A DNA stretch of 64,000 nt from Eledone cirrhosa (lineage: Eukaryota): assembly GCA_964016885.1 (NCBI GenBank), contig OZ024743.1:338272001-338336000 (forward strand), given 5' to 3'. The first letter of the stretch is position 1, and every line of letters starts with the position of its first letter. The notes under the pieces are model-generated. The model was not told where the DNA came from. It saw only the letters and a list, made by a program, of their open reading frames with translations, and ran no database searches. Shown here one piece after another: positions 26,495-39,395 of the stretch. The translations under genes were made by a program, and so were the position numbers.

Positions 26495-27040
26495 TCATCA
26501 TCATTGTCATTTTACGTCTGCTTTTCCCTGCTTGCATTGAGTGGGACGGGTCCTATTCAGCACAGCATCTCTCCATTTGTCGCAGCGATCTGAAGTCAGC
26601 TCTGACCACCTCCGCCCATGATTTCCGTGGTCTTCCTCTACTGCATCTTCCTTCTACTGTGATTTCTTGGCACTTCTTTTACCCACCGGTCATCCTCCAT
26701 GTGCATCAAAATCTCAACATGTCTTAATACAACTCTTACTCTCCTCCTTCCATATCATACAACCAGTGCAATCAACACTATTACATGCTACATTCAATTC
26801 CTTTTATACATTTCTCTCAGCTGATTTGTGCTCTGTCTTTCACATACCACACATCCTGTGTAGCATGCATGCTTCATATTTTTTTAGCTATTTCAGATCT
26901 TCTTCATCCACAGCCCATATCTCACTGTCATGCTGCATAGTATTCAAACACAAGCATAATATAATATTCCCTTCACTCTGGGAGTGAAATTTTTCTTGCC
27001 AACAGAGGTAACATGTCCCAGAACTTCTTCCAGCCCATTT
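26495..27040 (-). mobile_element. Old RTE 3' fragment
   Basis: Minus-strand GWKKF...LPLL and RGRPRK-type remnants; similar to 61937-62258. Confidence 0.65.
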
Positions 27041-27709
27041 TCATACTCTTTATACCCCCCCCCCCCACACACACACAATCCTCATCATCAACAACAGAGA
27101 GAGAGAGAGACAGAGAGTCTTTATAATATACCCATACTCTACTACCCCAACTCTCAAGTACTCTGTTGAGCAATGGTCTAACCAGTTTCAAACTTAATCC
27201 ATCCTGATATATATATATATATTATAAAGACAACAGATCCCTGGCTTGTCTGGGAGATCAATAGCCACAGCTTCAGTACTGACTTGGTCTATGTAGACCT
27301 GTCCAACCCTTGCTAGCAGGGAAAGCGCACATTAAAACAATGATGAGATGATGATAATGAGGATGATATTAAGAAGTATGCTAGCAGCTGAAGTGAATGG
27401 TAAAATTATATCTTATACATTCAGCTTATACATGTAGCTCTCTCTCTCTCTCCACCACCAACCCTCTCTCTCTCACCGGGTCCTGCATGGCTAAGATCAT
27501 AAAATGAATAAAAACGAGGCCAGTCGTCTTGTCATGTGTCCATTTGTTACTGTCTCATGTGCACTGGAGCTAATGGTATTGACCACAAAGAACCAAAACC
27601 ATGAAAACCTCCAGTTGTTGACTGATGAGAAGGGACTGTACTGTATTTCATCCATTTTTCAATTGTCTTTGCCCACCATTTTTTATTCATTAACATCATC
27701 ATTTCATCA

Positions 27710-28038
27710 TTTCATTTTATGTCCGCTTTTCCCTGCTTGCAAGGGTGGGACGGGAACTGATTCTGGCTTGATTTCTACAGCTGGATGCCCTTCCTAACAC
27801 CAACCTCATTTACAGTGAGTGCTGGGTGCTTTTTTGCCGTGGCACCTCCACGACCACTTTGCAGTGGAATGATATGGACCCCAGTCCCTATCATCTCATT
27901 TCTACAGCTGAGTAAACTGAAGCAATGTGAAATAAAGTGTCTTGCTCAAGGAAACAACACATCACCCAGTCTGAGAATTGAACTCACAACCTTTTGATTG
28001 CAAGGCCAATGCTCTAACCACTAAGCCATGTGCCTCCA
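27710..28038 (-). mobile_element. tRNA-head SINE with CCTTGAGCAAGACACTT core fused to an RTE 3' tail
   Basis: Minus strand: TGGCTTAGTGG (A box), GAGTTCAATTC (B box), core, then RTE tail. A second copy lies at 41837-42072. Confidence 0.75.
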
Positions 28039-28257
28039 CTCTTATATATGTAGATAAATTACATGAATAAGATTTCCACCCAAATGCAGGTTACCTAATG
28101 TTTAAACTTCAACCAGCTTAGGGCATAGACATTCTATATCTGTTAGTTTATTACCTTCAGGCTAAAACCTGCATTTGTGTTGAGACCTTATTCATATAAT
28201 ATATTTTGACTCTGTTGATTGTATATATATATATGTATATATATACATATATACACA

Positions 28258-28723
28258 CTTACACCTCTCCAAGACAATATCACTGGACCGAGATCTTTGG
28301 CGCTACACAGTAATAGAGAAGGCCCACCTTACCTAAGTGCAAAGTGAAACCTACTACAGTCAGTAGGCACCTCTAACAAAATACATCCACGTCCCACTAT
28401 TCCCACCCCATCCACACCACCCCTTTCAATGTAAAGTTATGTTGGTGTCACAACATCCAGCCCGAAACAAATGAGGTCGTGTAGGTGTCACGACAAAAAA
28501 ACACACAGTCCACGCTGTAATGTGGCCGTGTAGGTAACACGGTAAAAACCTCCCAGTTCCACACTGTAAATGTGGTTGGTGTTAGGAAGGGCATCCAGCC
28601 ATAGAAAACCCGCCAGACAGTCCTATGCGAGCAAGACAACCACTCTAGCCTCAAGTGGGAAAATTCCCGTCCAAACCAATACGAGTGTGGAATATGGACG
28701 TTAAACGATGATGATGGTGATGA

Positions 28724-28727
<4 letters not shown>
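28258..28727 (+). mobile_element. RTE 3' fragment
   Basis: Colinear with 22875-23450; (GAT)n tail. Confidence 0.85.
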
Positions 28728-28778
<51 letters not shown>

Positions 28779-29107
28779 TATATATGTGGGGTAATTCAGG
28801 AAGGACAGATAGATGTTGTGGAATTCATGCCTTTCCCAAAGGTAATAATTACCAATATAAGTGATATATCATCATTATTTAACGCCTATTACAATAAAGG
28901 GTTATACTTTGGAATCAGATCTAGGTTATTCCCTGCCAGGTGTTTGACTCTACTGCCTGAGGTACGTACATACATACACATTCATGCATGAATGAATGCA
29001 TACTCACACACATATAATATGCACTTAGTTATGTGTGTGTGTATGTATGTATGTATATGTATATATACACATATACACACACACACACTCACACATATAT
29101 ATATAAG

Positions 29108-29139
<32 letters not shown>

Positions 29140-29250
29140 AATATGTGAGTGTGTGTGTGTAAATATATATATAGATGTGTGTGTGTGTGTGTGTGTGGAA
29201 ACGTGCATGTACATATATTTATATATATATATATATATATATATAAATAT

Positions 29251-29294
<44 letters not shown>

Positions 29295-29604
29295 TTCATC
29301 TAGAGTATCACACCTGGGAAAAACTGAAATGATGTGAATGAGAACTATCTATCTCTACCAAAAATTCTTTACAGTTTTCAATCCTTCTCTTTCATTCTCT
29401 ATCTTTAGCACCATCACCACCACCACCACCACCACCACCATCAGCACCACACCACCAACACCACCCCCACCATCACAACCAATACCAATCTGAACACCAC
29501 AAACCCCAACACCGGCACCAACACCACCCAACACTCCACCGCTCTTTGCCGCTCCACTAACTCTGTTTTCCAACAGAAAATGTATTTACAATATTTACCC
29601 TCAC

Positions 29605-29755
<151 letters not shown>

Positions 29756-30016
29756 TTTCTTTATTAACCACAAGGGTTTACATAAAGTAGACATTAAGGA
29801 CAGTGCAGGACAATGCAGGACGGTACAAATGGGCATTTCTGCGTGTAAAAAAAACAAAAATAGAGGATGTAACAAAAATAACAATGAAAATAACAATGAA
29901 AAATTCCCCAATAGGGGGGAGACTTCGGAGGGACATTTGTGGAGAAAGCCCAGTAAAAAGCCACAATGACCCTGACCACCAAGGCAAGTGCCCTCTCCCA
30001 GTTTTCCACCTTTAGT

Positions 30017-33000
30017 TTACAGATATATACTCAGAGTCGGCCCATTCACTCGGGCCATTCTTGCTTCTCTCACCCATCTTTCAACAAAATGCTGGGAAGA
30101 GAGCACTTCCTTCTCTACTCTGATTTTCCTTTTCAAATGAAATTTGAAAAAGTCAATCAGAGCATCACCGAAGAGGTAAGTGCTCGTCTTCAGCCCTTTC
30201 AAACGTGTCCACCATACTATCTCTTTCGCCATGGCCACCAGACAGATAAAAACTGCCTGCCCTTCCCGGCTAAAGGAGGAGGGCGGGGCAATCCTCACGA
30301 TAGACTCAGATGATAGCTGGATCCGTCCTAAACGCGACAGCAGGTGTTCGACATAAACCCACAAGTCAGCAATTTTCGGACACTGGACGAGTGCGTGCAG
30401 GACGGTTTCGTCGCCCTGCGCGCATCTCGGACATGCCCGGCTGACGGCACCTCCATGCCTGTAGAGTTTATCCCGAACTGGCAAGGCTCCTCGGTAGCAC
30501 TGCCAGGCCAGAGATTTCTGGAAGTTGTCCATAGGCCCTGGCCCGAAGGTTCTTCCGAAGAGATTGGCTAGTTGATTTTCGTCGACGCCTAGAGTTTCCC
30601 CAAGTACGTCGTCGCTCTTCCCCTCCACTAATCCTCTATAGAACGCCGAGGTGGAGTTTCCACCGATCACATTGCCCGATTGGTCGAGGGCTGTGAGCGC
30701 CTGAAGACATTCCAGTCTCCAGGCGCTCCCTCTCGGTCTTCGCTTGACCCAGGACTGCAGCTCCGTCAAGGAAACGAGCTGGGGAAAAACGCGTCTAGCA
30801 AACGGCGACCACACCTGATCACCGTCGAGGAAGAGGTGGAGATGTCGTAGCCTGAGCGCGTGCCTGCGCATCATCAGCCACGGCATGCCCAGCCCTCCAC
30901 GTAGCGGGTGTTGACAACAGATGGACCGCCTGACCATCGGAGCGCGTCCCTTCCACAAAAAGCGAAAGAGCAAACGCTCCAGCACAGTCAGGCGAGGCTT
31001 AGGACAAGGTACGACGGTCAGGCGGTAGCAGATGACGGACGCGATGTACGCGTTAGCCACCTCCGCTCGACCTTTCAGGGATAGCTTCCTCTCGGCCCAT
31101 TTCTGGGTGAGAGAAGCCACCCTGCTCGTCACCTCGTCCCAGTTTTTGTCCGTCTGGAGGTCCGGACCGAACCAGACCCCTAGCAATTTAACCGGTCCGT
31201 CCGTCCAGCGTCCGGCGACGCTGTTGGACGGCATGGACCTGCCTCTCCAGGTGCCGAGCCGCAGGCCCACTGACTTTTCCTGGTTGATCATTGCTCCTGT
31301 CACCGCTTCGTATTCTCTTAGTGTAGTGCCGATCGCCTCGATGTGTTTGGCGTTCGACACCACTACGGTGACATCGTCCGCATATGCTGATACGGATCTT
31401 CCGCATCCTAGTTCGCGCGGGACCCCCCTCAACGTCTCCAGTTTGTGCAGTAATGGCTCGAGAGTCAATACGTACAAGAGGGACGAGAGGGGACATCCTT
31501 GGCGGACCGAGCGCATGATGTTGAACGGTTCCGACAGGTGACCGTTCACTCTCACCACAGAGCAGATGTCGCTGTGCATGGCAGCGATCCAGCCTCTGAA
31601 GACGGGCCCAAAGCCAGCCGCTCTCAGGACTGCCGCTAGGTAACGATGGTCGACCCTATCGAAAGCTTTCGACTGATCTAAATTGATCAAGGACCCACCC
31701 GTGCCAGGTTCCCTAGCTACCCTCTCTACGATGTATCGCATGAGGTGGAGGTTGTCGTGGATGGATCTGTCGGGAATGGCGCATGTCTGCGCCTCTCCCA
31801 CCAGACCACCAACGACAAGCGCCAACCTCTGTGCTAGCACCTTGGCCAAAATCTTAAACTCTGTGTTTAGCAGAGTTATGGGCCGGAAATTGTCTATGTT
31901 ATCCCTCTTGTTCGGATCCTTTCTCAGCAGTGCCACCGCTCCTCGGCTCACAGAACTGGGAATTCTCCCGTTCTGTTGCCAGTTGCAGTAGACGTCCGCC
32001 AAGAGGCCTCCGAACAAGTCTGGCATCTGTACGTAAAGTTCATAGGGCAGACCATCCAAACCAGGCGATTTACCCCTTGTGCAGCCAGTCATTGCCTCCC
32101 TTACTTCAGCGGCTGTTATCGGCTTTTCGCAACACTTCGCCTCAGTGGCCGAGAGCCGCGGCAGTCCGTCGAGGTAGACACTAAAGTCCATCCCTCTACC
32201 CGGCCCCCCGCTGCCCCCGAACAGCTGAGCGAAGTGTCGCTGAAAAGCTTCACACATTTGCCCGGGATCGAGTAGCATGCGCCCGTCGTGGTCCACCAAA
32301 GACCGGATCGTGGCTTTGTTGCCACGACGCGCCTCCGCCACTCGGGCCCATTGAACGGCTTTCGTCCCCTCGTGTCTGAGAGCACGCACCCTAGCTCTGA
32401 CAACGCAGCCTTCGTGCTTTGCATTGAAGAATTGGTCAAGGGCCAATTTCGCCGCAAGCACGTCGGTCGCAATGCCTTTGCTAAGCGCCTCGTCTAATTT
32501 TCTAACTAGTTCTCCCTCTGCTCTATTTTTCTCTATTGCTAAAGCCTTACTAAACCTAATCGATTCTATTCTAATCGCTCTTTTCAGAGCAAACCACCAC
32601 TTGTTGTTGACGATGGCCCCCGTCAACGCCCGCTTAACTAGTTCGCTAATCCGGTCTCTGTAGGCCTTGCGCGCTGGTAAGGACGCGTTTAGCTTCCAGT
32701 AGCCGGGTCCTCGTCTATGAAGCCTATCTAAGTCAAGCACACAGGTCACGAATTTGTGGTCCGTGTAGCTGACTATCTTGAATTGTGGACAGCCTATGCT
32801 AGACCTATCTATTTCCCTACAAAATACTCTATCTAGATATGATCTGGATGACCCTATGCGGTTTGTCCAAGTCCACATTGGCACATTCGGGAAATCCAAT
32901 CGGTACCTGTCAGACAGTTCAAAACGCCTGAGCAGGTTGGTGAGGCTCTTGCACCCTCCACCCCTATCCGCTAATCCCACACAGTCCCAGCGTGCATCTA

Positions 33001-33436
33001 AGATCCCGTTCCAGTCGCCCACTAACACTAAAGAGCGGGACGTTCCAAGAAAGGTCTCCAGACGCCGGAAGAAATCAGGCCGCCCTGCTCCTGTCGGGGC
33101 ATAGACGGCCACTAGCCTGAAAGCTTGCCCGTCTCCGCTGGTCACGTCCAGCACCACCAGCTTACCCTCTGGGTCCAGGAAGATGGCCCGTATGGCGAGA
33201 TCCAAACCTCTCCGAAAAAGCACAGCAACTCCTCCACCCGATCCAGGACGGCTGGGAGATGCGTACACATCGTAGCCGCCGAAGATCGGTGCGAAGGCCC
33301 GTGCTTCGGAGATTCTGGTCTCGCTGATGGCCACTACATCTATGTTTAGTGACCTGAGGTCGTTGAGCAGGTGACCCTGCTTCCATGATGACCCCAAGCC
33401 ACGCGCATTTATGCTGCCTATTCTGAGTGAGGTCAT
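30017..33436 (-). CDS. Tx1 ORF2: APE endonuclease + reverse transcriptase + CCHC zinc finger (1139 aa, open)
   Basis: SINARGL, ISETR, GDWN, SYLDRVF, TDH, PGYWKLN, KSPGLDG, KAFDRV, QGCPLS, YADD, CPRC..ETVLHALVQC. Confidence 0.95.
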   Translation of the reverse strand: MTSLRIGSINARGLGSSWKQGHLLNDLRSLNIDVVAISETRISEARAFAPIFGGYDVYASPSRPGSGGGVAVLFRRGLDLAIRAIFLDPEGKLVVLDVTSGDGQAFRLVAVYAPTGAGRPDFFRRLETFLGTSRSLVLVGDWNGILDARWDCVGLADRGGGCKSLTNLLRRFELSDRYRLDFPNVPMWTWTNRIGSSRSYLDRVFCREIDRSSIGCPQFKIVSYTDHKFVTCVLDLDRLHRRGPGYWKLNASLPARKAYRDRISELVKRALTGAIVNNKWWFALKRAIRIESIRFSKALAIEKNRAEGELVRKLDEALSKGIATDVLAAKLALDQFFNAKHEGCVVRARVRALRHEGTKAVQWARVAEARRGNKATIRSLVDHDGRMLLDPGQMCEAFQRHFAQLFGGSGGPGRGMDFSVYLDGLPRLSATEAKCCEKPITAAEVREAMTGCTRGKSPGLDGLPYELYVQMPDLFGGLLADVYCNWQQNGRIPSSVSRGAVALLRKDPNKRDNIDNFRPITLLNTEFKILAKVLAQRLALVVGGLVGEAQTCAIPDRSIHDNLHLMRYIVERVAREPGTGGSLINLDQSKAFDRVDHRYLAAVLRAAGFGPVFRGWIAAMHSDICSVVRVNGHLSEPFNIMRSVRQGCPLSSLLYVLTLEPLLHKLETLRGVPRELGCGRSVSAYADDVTVVVSNAKHIEAIGTTLREYEAVTGAMINQEKSVGLRLGTWRGRSMPSNSVAGRWTDGPVKLLGVWFGPDLQTDKNWDEVTSRVASLTQKWAERKLSLKGRAEVANAYIASVICYRLTVVPCPKPRLTVLERLLFRFLWKGRAPMVRRSICCQHPLRGGLGMPWLMMRRHALRLRHLHLFLDGDQVWSPFARRVFPQLVSLTELQSWVKRRPRGSAWRLECLQALTALDQSGNVIGGNSTSAFYRGLVEGKSDDVLGETLGVDENQLANLFGRTFGPGPMDNFQKSLAWQCYRGALPVRDKLYRHGGAVSRACPRCAQGDETVLHALVQCPKIADLWVYVEHLLSRLGRIQLSSESIVRIAPPSSFSREGQAVFICLVAMAKEIVWWTRLKGLKTSTYLFGDALIDFFKFHLKRKIRVEKEVLSSQHFVERWVREARMARVNGPTLSIYL

Positions 33437-33471
33437 GTTTAAAATAGAGTGGAAAAGATGGGAAAGACCAC

Positions 33472-35560
33472 TTACCGTACTTTTGGTAGAGGAGGGATGG
33501 TTTTTACATCCCTTTTCACTTGATCGTCTGGTGAAGGGACCGTTGAATCGTCCCTTCGGTTGGTCGTCGGCTCTTCTAAGAGAATGTCTGAATATACTCT
33601 TCGATTGATGGTTCCTCCTAGGTCCCTGAAATCACCAACTGCGTTGGGGAATTTCGTTTTAATGTTTGTGTATTGTTTCTGTGCTATTTTTAGCAGTCTT
33701 ATGTTAGTTGGCGTTTTGATTGGTGCTGGTATTATGTAGTCCTGTTGTGAAATGTCTGTGTGTTCAATTATGTAAGTCATTAGTTTCTTGTTGTGTGTGT
33801 TTATTGCCGTGCATTTGTTTTTCTGGGGGTGGGGTGTGGTTCTGCTATTTTCTTGTCGTTGTTGCTGGGTGTGTGTGTTTTGTTGTTGTGTTTGCGATGT
33901 TGGTGCTTGTGGTGGTGGTGTTGAAGGTGTTGTTGGCGGTGGGGTTGTCGCCGGTGGTGATGGTGGTGCTGGTGTGGGTGGTGATGGTGTTGGTGGTGTT
34001 GCTGCTGTGGGTCTCTTTGCAGTAGACTTTACCCTTTTCTCATTTCTTTCCTCCCTTTTCAAAGGCGACGATGCGCTGCTTCTGCGTTTGTGCCTTCTTG
34101 CGACCTTTTGCCATCCCTCTCCCACCTCACACTCCATGTCTGATTCTGTGAGGTCGGGGAGGGGTACCAGCTCCACTCTTTCACTTGTTGGTGATGTTTG
34201 CACTGGAGTCTCTGTTGCAGCTGCATTTGGTATTGCTGTTGTTGTTGTTAATATTTCCACTGCTGCTGCTGTTTTTGATTTCCGTGGCGTGGGTATGGGT
34301 GCCACGGACCTATCGTTCCTGGTTGCCGCTTGTCCTGTTGCTGGTAGCCGTGGAGCCGGATTCGGAAGGAGGGGGGTTTTCTCCTTTCTCAGGGTCTTCT
34401 CGTTGCAGAAGGCCCTGAGGTGAGTCTTCGATCCACAGCGAAAGCATTTCGGGCGTTTGCCCTCAACACTTATGGGCAGTTGAGTGCCGTTATCGAAGTC
34501 TATCACATCCGGGATAGCTTCGATGCACTCCTGGTTGGTTTGGATTAGCATCTCAATGGAGGAGCCGACCCAATCTTCTCTTACTTTTTTCTGTACTTGC
34601 AGTACAGTTGTTTTGTCCTCGATTCCGACGAGGACAGACGCGGCCAGCCAAGAAGGGGTCATTCCGGGGGGGGACGTGGGTCAGTTTGACCCTCACAATT
34701 TTTTGCCCGCAGTAGGAGGGCACCAACACCATTTCCTCGCTCCTTAGGGTCACTACTGATTGGGCCTTTGCCTCCTGGGGTGTGGCAAAAAGTACGTCTA
34801 CGGTGGCGTATTTTTTGCCTCGGGTGATGTGCGTTTTCCGTTGCCACACAGACCCCAAGGCTTTTTGTATTTGGGCCTCTGTGGCTCTTTCCACCCTACG
34901 GGATTTTGTACTTACTGTACGGTACGTGACCGTACAGTGCTCTTGGGTCTCGAAAAACTTTTCCGCTGCCTTGCAGATTGCTCGGTGTCCGTTCTTTGTC
35001 ACCATCTTCTTCGCTTCCTCTAATTCCTCATTTGTTATGAGGATTGTTTCCAAGTTTTTCGCAATACCTGCAAATGAGATTGGTTTTTCTCTGCTGTTGT
35101 TGTTGTCGTCAGAGCTGCTGGTACTTTTGTTGTTGCTGCAGGTACTACGACTACTGCCTCCGCCGCTGTTGCTGTGGTTGTTGTTGGTGTTGCTGCTGCT
35201 AATGCTGTTGTTGTTTATGTTACTGGTGATGCTGTTGCGGCTGCTACTGTTGTTTTCATTGTCACTGTTGCTGTTGTTATTACGGCTGCTACTGCTATTA
35301 TTCCTGACGTCAGACGAATGAACTGGGTTTTCGTATTTCCCGCACACCTGTTTCGTCGCTGTCGTCGTCGTCGTGGAGAAACCTTGCACGCTTTGCACGA
35401 GACTTTTCTTTTCTTTCGTTGCTTGCGAAAGAGAAGGGAGGGAGAGAGACACATTTAAAGAAGGGAGGGAGAGAGACAATCTTCTCTCTGCTGTAGTGAT
35501 GATTGAGGAAGAAGACGGAATGAGTGGGAGTGACGTATGAAATTTCTTTTTCGTAGCCAT
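33472..35560 (-). CDS. Tx1 ORF1, gag-like zinc-knuckle protein, split by one frameshift in a C8 run (34666-34673)
   Basis: MATKKKF... joins ...VPP/GMTPSW if one C is removed. Contains CFRCGSKTHLRAFC (CX2CX4HX4C), N/S-rich and P/T-rich low-complexity tracts. Confidence 0.8.
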
Positions 35561-35776
35561 GTTGTTTTTTTGTTTAAAATGAAATTTTGGGTACAAAACC
35601 CCAATAACTGGTTATTTAACCCCGAAGGGCCAAATAACGGGCAGAAAGACCCCTCTCACGAGGAGGAGGGTGTCTTTATCAACAATTAGGTTCAAGTTTT
35701 AAACAATTTACAATTGTTTTAACGGTTAAAAATTACTATACCTTACAGAGCCGAGCCTCCGTCAACCATGGCATTC

Positions 35777-35815
<39 letters not shown>

Positions 35816-35820
<5 letters not shown>

Positions 35821-38449
35821 GCTTGAGTCACTACTGAATGGGACACTAAAAAACATAGGCACTAAAAATAGACTGGAAATAAAATACAAAACTAGGAGTA
35901 AAAAGCTAAATATTATCATAGAGGAATTGAAGCAACGCATTGTAGCAAAGAGTGCCAAAATCAGGCGATACGAGAACAGAGTCAGTCAGTATAAACAGAA
36001 CCGCATGTTCGACAACAACCAGAAGATGCTGTTTGGACAGCTTGAGGGGAAAGAAAGAGGCACCGACTTGATCCCTGGGGCGGAACAAGCTAAAACATTC
36101 TGGAGAGGAATATGGGAGCAGGATGTTAGACACAATGCCCAGGCAGGGTGGATTGAGACAGTACAGAGGGAGATCGGTGAGCAGGCACAGCAACAGACTG
36201 ATTTGAGTATCACAGTTGAAACTCTTAAGGGGCAAGCCAAAAAACTAACCAACTGGAAATCACCAGGCCCAGATGGTGTGCAGGGGTATTGGATTAAACA
36301 TTTAACATCCCTCCACCCGAAGCTGACGGCCATGTTCAATGACTGCTTGGTGTCGGGTGAGGTGCCAGAGTGGTTGACAAAAGGTACCACAGTTCTGATA
36401 ATGAAAGACCGAATCAAGGGTAATGATGTTACCAACTATAGACCTATCACATGTCTGCCCGTAATGTGGAAACTGTTGACGAGCATTGTGTCTGAGGAAA
36501 TCTACCATCACCTCCACACAAACAACTTGTTGCCGGACGAACAGAAAGGATGCCGAAAGAAGTCACGTGGTACAAAGGACCAGTTGCTTATTGATAAGAT
36601 GGTAATGGGGAATTGCAGGAGGAGACACACTGATCTTGCCATGGGATGGATAGACTACAGAAAGGCATTTGACATGGTGCCTCATTCCTGGATCACCAAA
36701 AGCCTGGAGATCTTCAGGGTGGCAGATAACATCAGACAGTTGCTGGGCAGGAGTATGGGGTCCTGGGAGACAGAGTTGACATCAACTGGAGTATCCTTGG
36801 GAAGCGTGAAGATCAAGAGAGGTATCTTCCAGGGAGATAGCCTGTCCCCTCTGTTGTTTGTCCTTGCCCTGATGCCCTTGACCATTATGCTGCGAAAAGT
36901 GAGAGCAGGATACAAGTTGGGAAGGGGAGAGCTTACCATCAATCACCTCCTCTTCATGGACGATCTTAAGCTCTTCGGGAAAAGTGAGAAGGAGTTGGAT
37001 GTGCTTGTTGACACTGTCCGTATTTTCAGCAGTGATATATGTATGCAGTTTGGTATTGGTAAATGTGGAGTCATTGTGATGAGGAGGGGTAGGTTGAGCA
37101 GAAGTAACGGGATCCAGATACCAACAGGTGAGATGATAAAGGAAATTGACTCTGAGGAAGGATACAAGTATTTGGGCGTTCTGGAGGCTGATGGCATAAA
37201 GAACAAAAAAATGAAGGAATTGTTAAGAACTGAATACATTCGGAGAGTAAGGAGCGTATTGAAGTCACATCTGAACAGCAGAAATGCCATAAGCGCAGTA
37301 AATTCCCGAGCTGTGTCTATTATTAGGTACAGTGCGGGAATTCTGAGATGGAATGTTGCTGAACAAAAAGAAATGGATAGGAAGACTAGGAAGCTATTGA
37401 CTATCTACAACATGTTCCACAAGAGGAGTGATGTCGATAGACTCTACCTAAGGAGATCTGAGGGTGGAAGAGGTCTTATCAGCATAGAGGACTGTGTTCA
37501 GATGGAGAAAAACAACCTATACAAATACGTGACCTATAGTAAGGAGCCAATGCTCAGAGCTGTACTGAAGGAGGGGACAGTAGGCCAGGGGATACCCAAG
37601 GAGGAAGAGCAGCCTTAAGGGAAAATCCCTTCATAGTACCTTCTTTGAGAAAACTGAATTTAGAGATCCACAGACATGGAACTGGTTGAGAAGAGGAGAC
37701 CTCAAAAAGGCTACAGAAGGAATGCTAATGGCTGCGCAGGAGCAGGCCCTCAAAACGAAGTGGTTGAAGCACCATATCTACAAGGAGGAGGCTAGCCCAC
37801 TGTGCAGGATCTGTGGAGAGAGAGAGGAGACTGTGGCTCACATTGTGTCCGAGTGTAAACACCTAGCCCAGTCCCACTATAAGGGCTGGAGACACGATGT
37901 GATGGGCAGGGTGATCCACTGGCACCTGTGCAAAGTAAACAATCTACCACATTCTGAGAAATGGTATGAGCATAGGCCAGAGGCGGTGATGGAGAACAGT
38001 CAGGTGAAGGTGCTGTGGGATTTTAGGATACAGACGGACAAAAAACTGGAACACAATAGACCTGACCTGGTGGTTGTGGACAAAGAAAAAAGATCGTGCC
38101 TGATTGTGGATGTGGCCTGCCCGTTCGACACGAGAGTGCAAGAGAAGGAGAGGGAGAAAATTAACCGATACCAGGACCTAAAGTGGGAGGTGAAAAGGAT
38201 TTGGAACTGCCATGAAGTCAAAGTGATCCCGATTGTCATAGGCGCACTGGGGACTATCTCCAAAGGTTTCCAGGGATGGTTAAAGAAAATCGGCCCCTTC
38301 ACGCTTTTTGGAACGCTTCAAAAGGAATGCTTGCTTGGAACGGCAAGAACCCTCCGATACGTCCTGAATATCTGAGGCTGCAGGTAGTGGCTTGATATTC
38401 AATCCAACGGACTTTCCAGTTAACCAACATCAATGACTGAGATTCAAGG
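35816..38449 (+). mobile_element. 5'-truncated R4/Dong-type non-LTR retrotransposon (RT + CCHC + restriction-like endonuclease) in (TAA)n
   Basis: KSPGPDG, NYRPITCL, DYRKAFD, QGDSLSPLLF, FMDD, YKYLG; CRIC..ETVAHIVSEC, RHD, PDLVVVD..DV..P.D...K..RY. Frameshift/deletion near 37610-37620. (AAT)13 upstream and (AAT)n at 38450-38493. Confidence 0.9.
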
Positions 38450-38461
38450 AATAACAATAAC

Positions 38462-38496
<35 letters not shown>

Positions 38497-38835
38497 TGTA
38501 AATAAGCTCTACAATATACTCTGATGATTATTTTTGCCCTAAGAAACATAAATACTCGTCCTAATCTTTGCAGCAGCAACAACAATATTAAAAGAAATAA
38601 TAACACAACAAACATTTTAAGGGCCCTATTTTTTACCCCTGCTAAATCAGGAATTACCGTTGTGTGGGCCCCTATGACAGACTTCATACTCATCATAGGG
38701 TACCCTTTTGTGGTAATGTTTCTTATTTTTAATGACTGAATACCCTTCCTGGTGCTAACAGTTTTAATGACCCTGTATGACATAAGTGGATATGGTGTAC
38801 CTTCTCTAAACCAGATACATACAGCCGTAATAATA

Positions 38836-39395
38836 ATGGTTTCTGATTTAGACACAAGACCAGCAATTCTGGGGGAAGGAGAAAGTTGATTACATCAACC
38901 CCAATACTTAACTGGTAATGTATTTTATTGGCCTCAGAAGGATGGAAGTCAAAGCTAACTTTGGCAGGATTCGAACTCAGAATGTAAAGAACCATAACTC
39001 TCTGCTGCAATAATAATGGTTTCTGATTTAGGCACAAAGCCAGCAATTATCCCAGTGTATTACTGGTACTTTATTTTATCGATCCTGTAAGGATGAAAGG
39101 CAAAGTTAACCTCGGCGGGAGTTGAACTCAGACCATAAAGGGCCATAACTCTTTGCTGCAAAGCATGGCGTCCGACCCTCTACTGATACTGCCATAGGCA
39201 CAAGACAAGCAATTTTGGGGGAAGGGGAAAGTTGATTATATCAACCCCAATACTTAACTGGTAATGTATTTTATTGGCTCCAGGAGGATGAAAGACAAAG
39301 CTAACCTCAGCAGGATTCGAACTTGGAATGTAAAGGGCCATAACTCTATGCTACAAAGCATGTTGTCCGATGATCTACCAATATTGCCAAGTCAC
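38836..39395 (-). mobile_element. Cluster of three nested/tandem tRNA-derived SINEs
   Basis: Three GGATGAAAG.CAAAG.TAAC...GA.TC cores, bounded by short (AAT)n tracts. Confidence 0.8.

Noticed and set aside
27960-28038. tRNA gene
   Set aside because: A and B boxes are present, but there is no complete cloverleaf and it continues into a SINE core.
35635-35690. HDV-like ribozyme in the Tx1 5'UTR (CCTCCTCGTG motif)
   Set aside because: It reads as a simple hairpin; I could not assign P1, P2 or J4/2.
35768-35815. MAFNNNN start of the 616-aa ORF
   Set aside because: The ATG lies in the antisense Tx1 5' end and the poly-Asn is the microsatellite. This is a chance in-frame fusion to the truncated Dong ORF.
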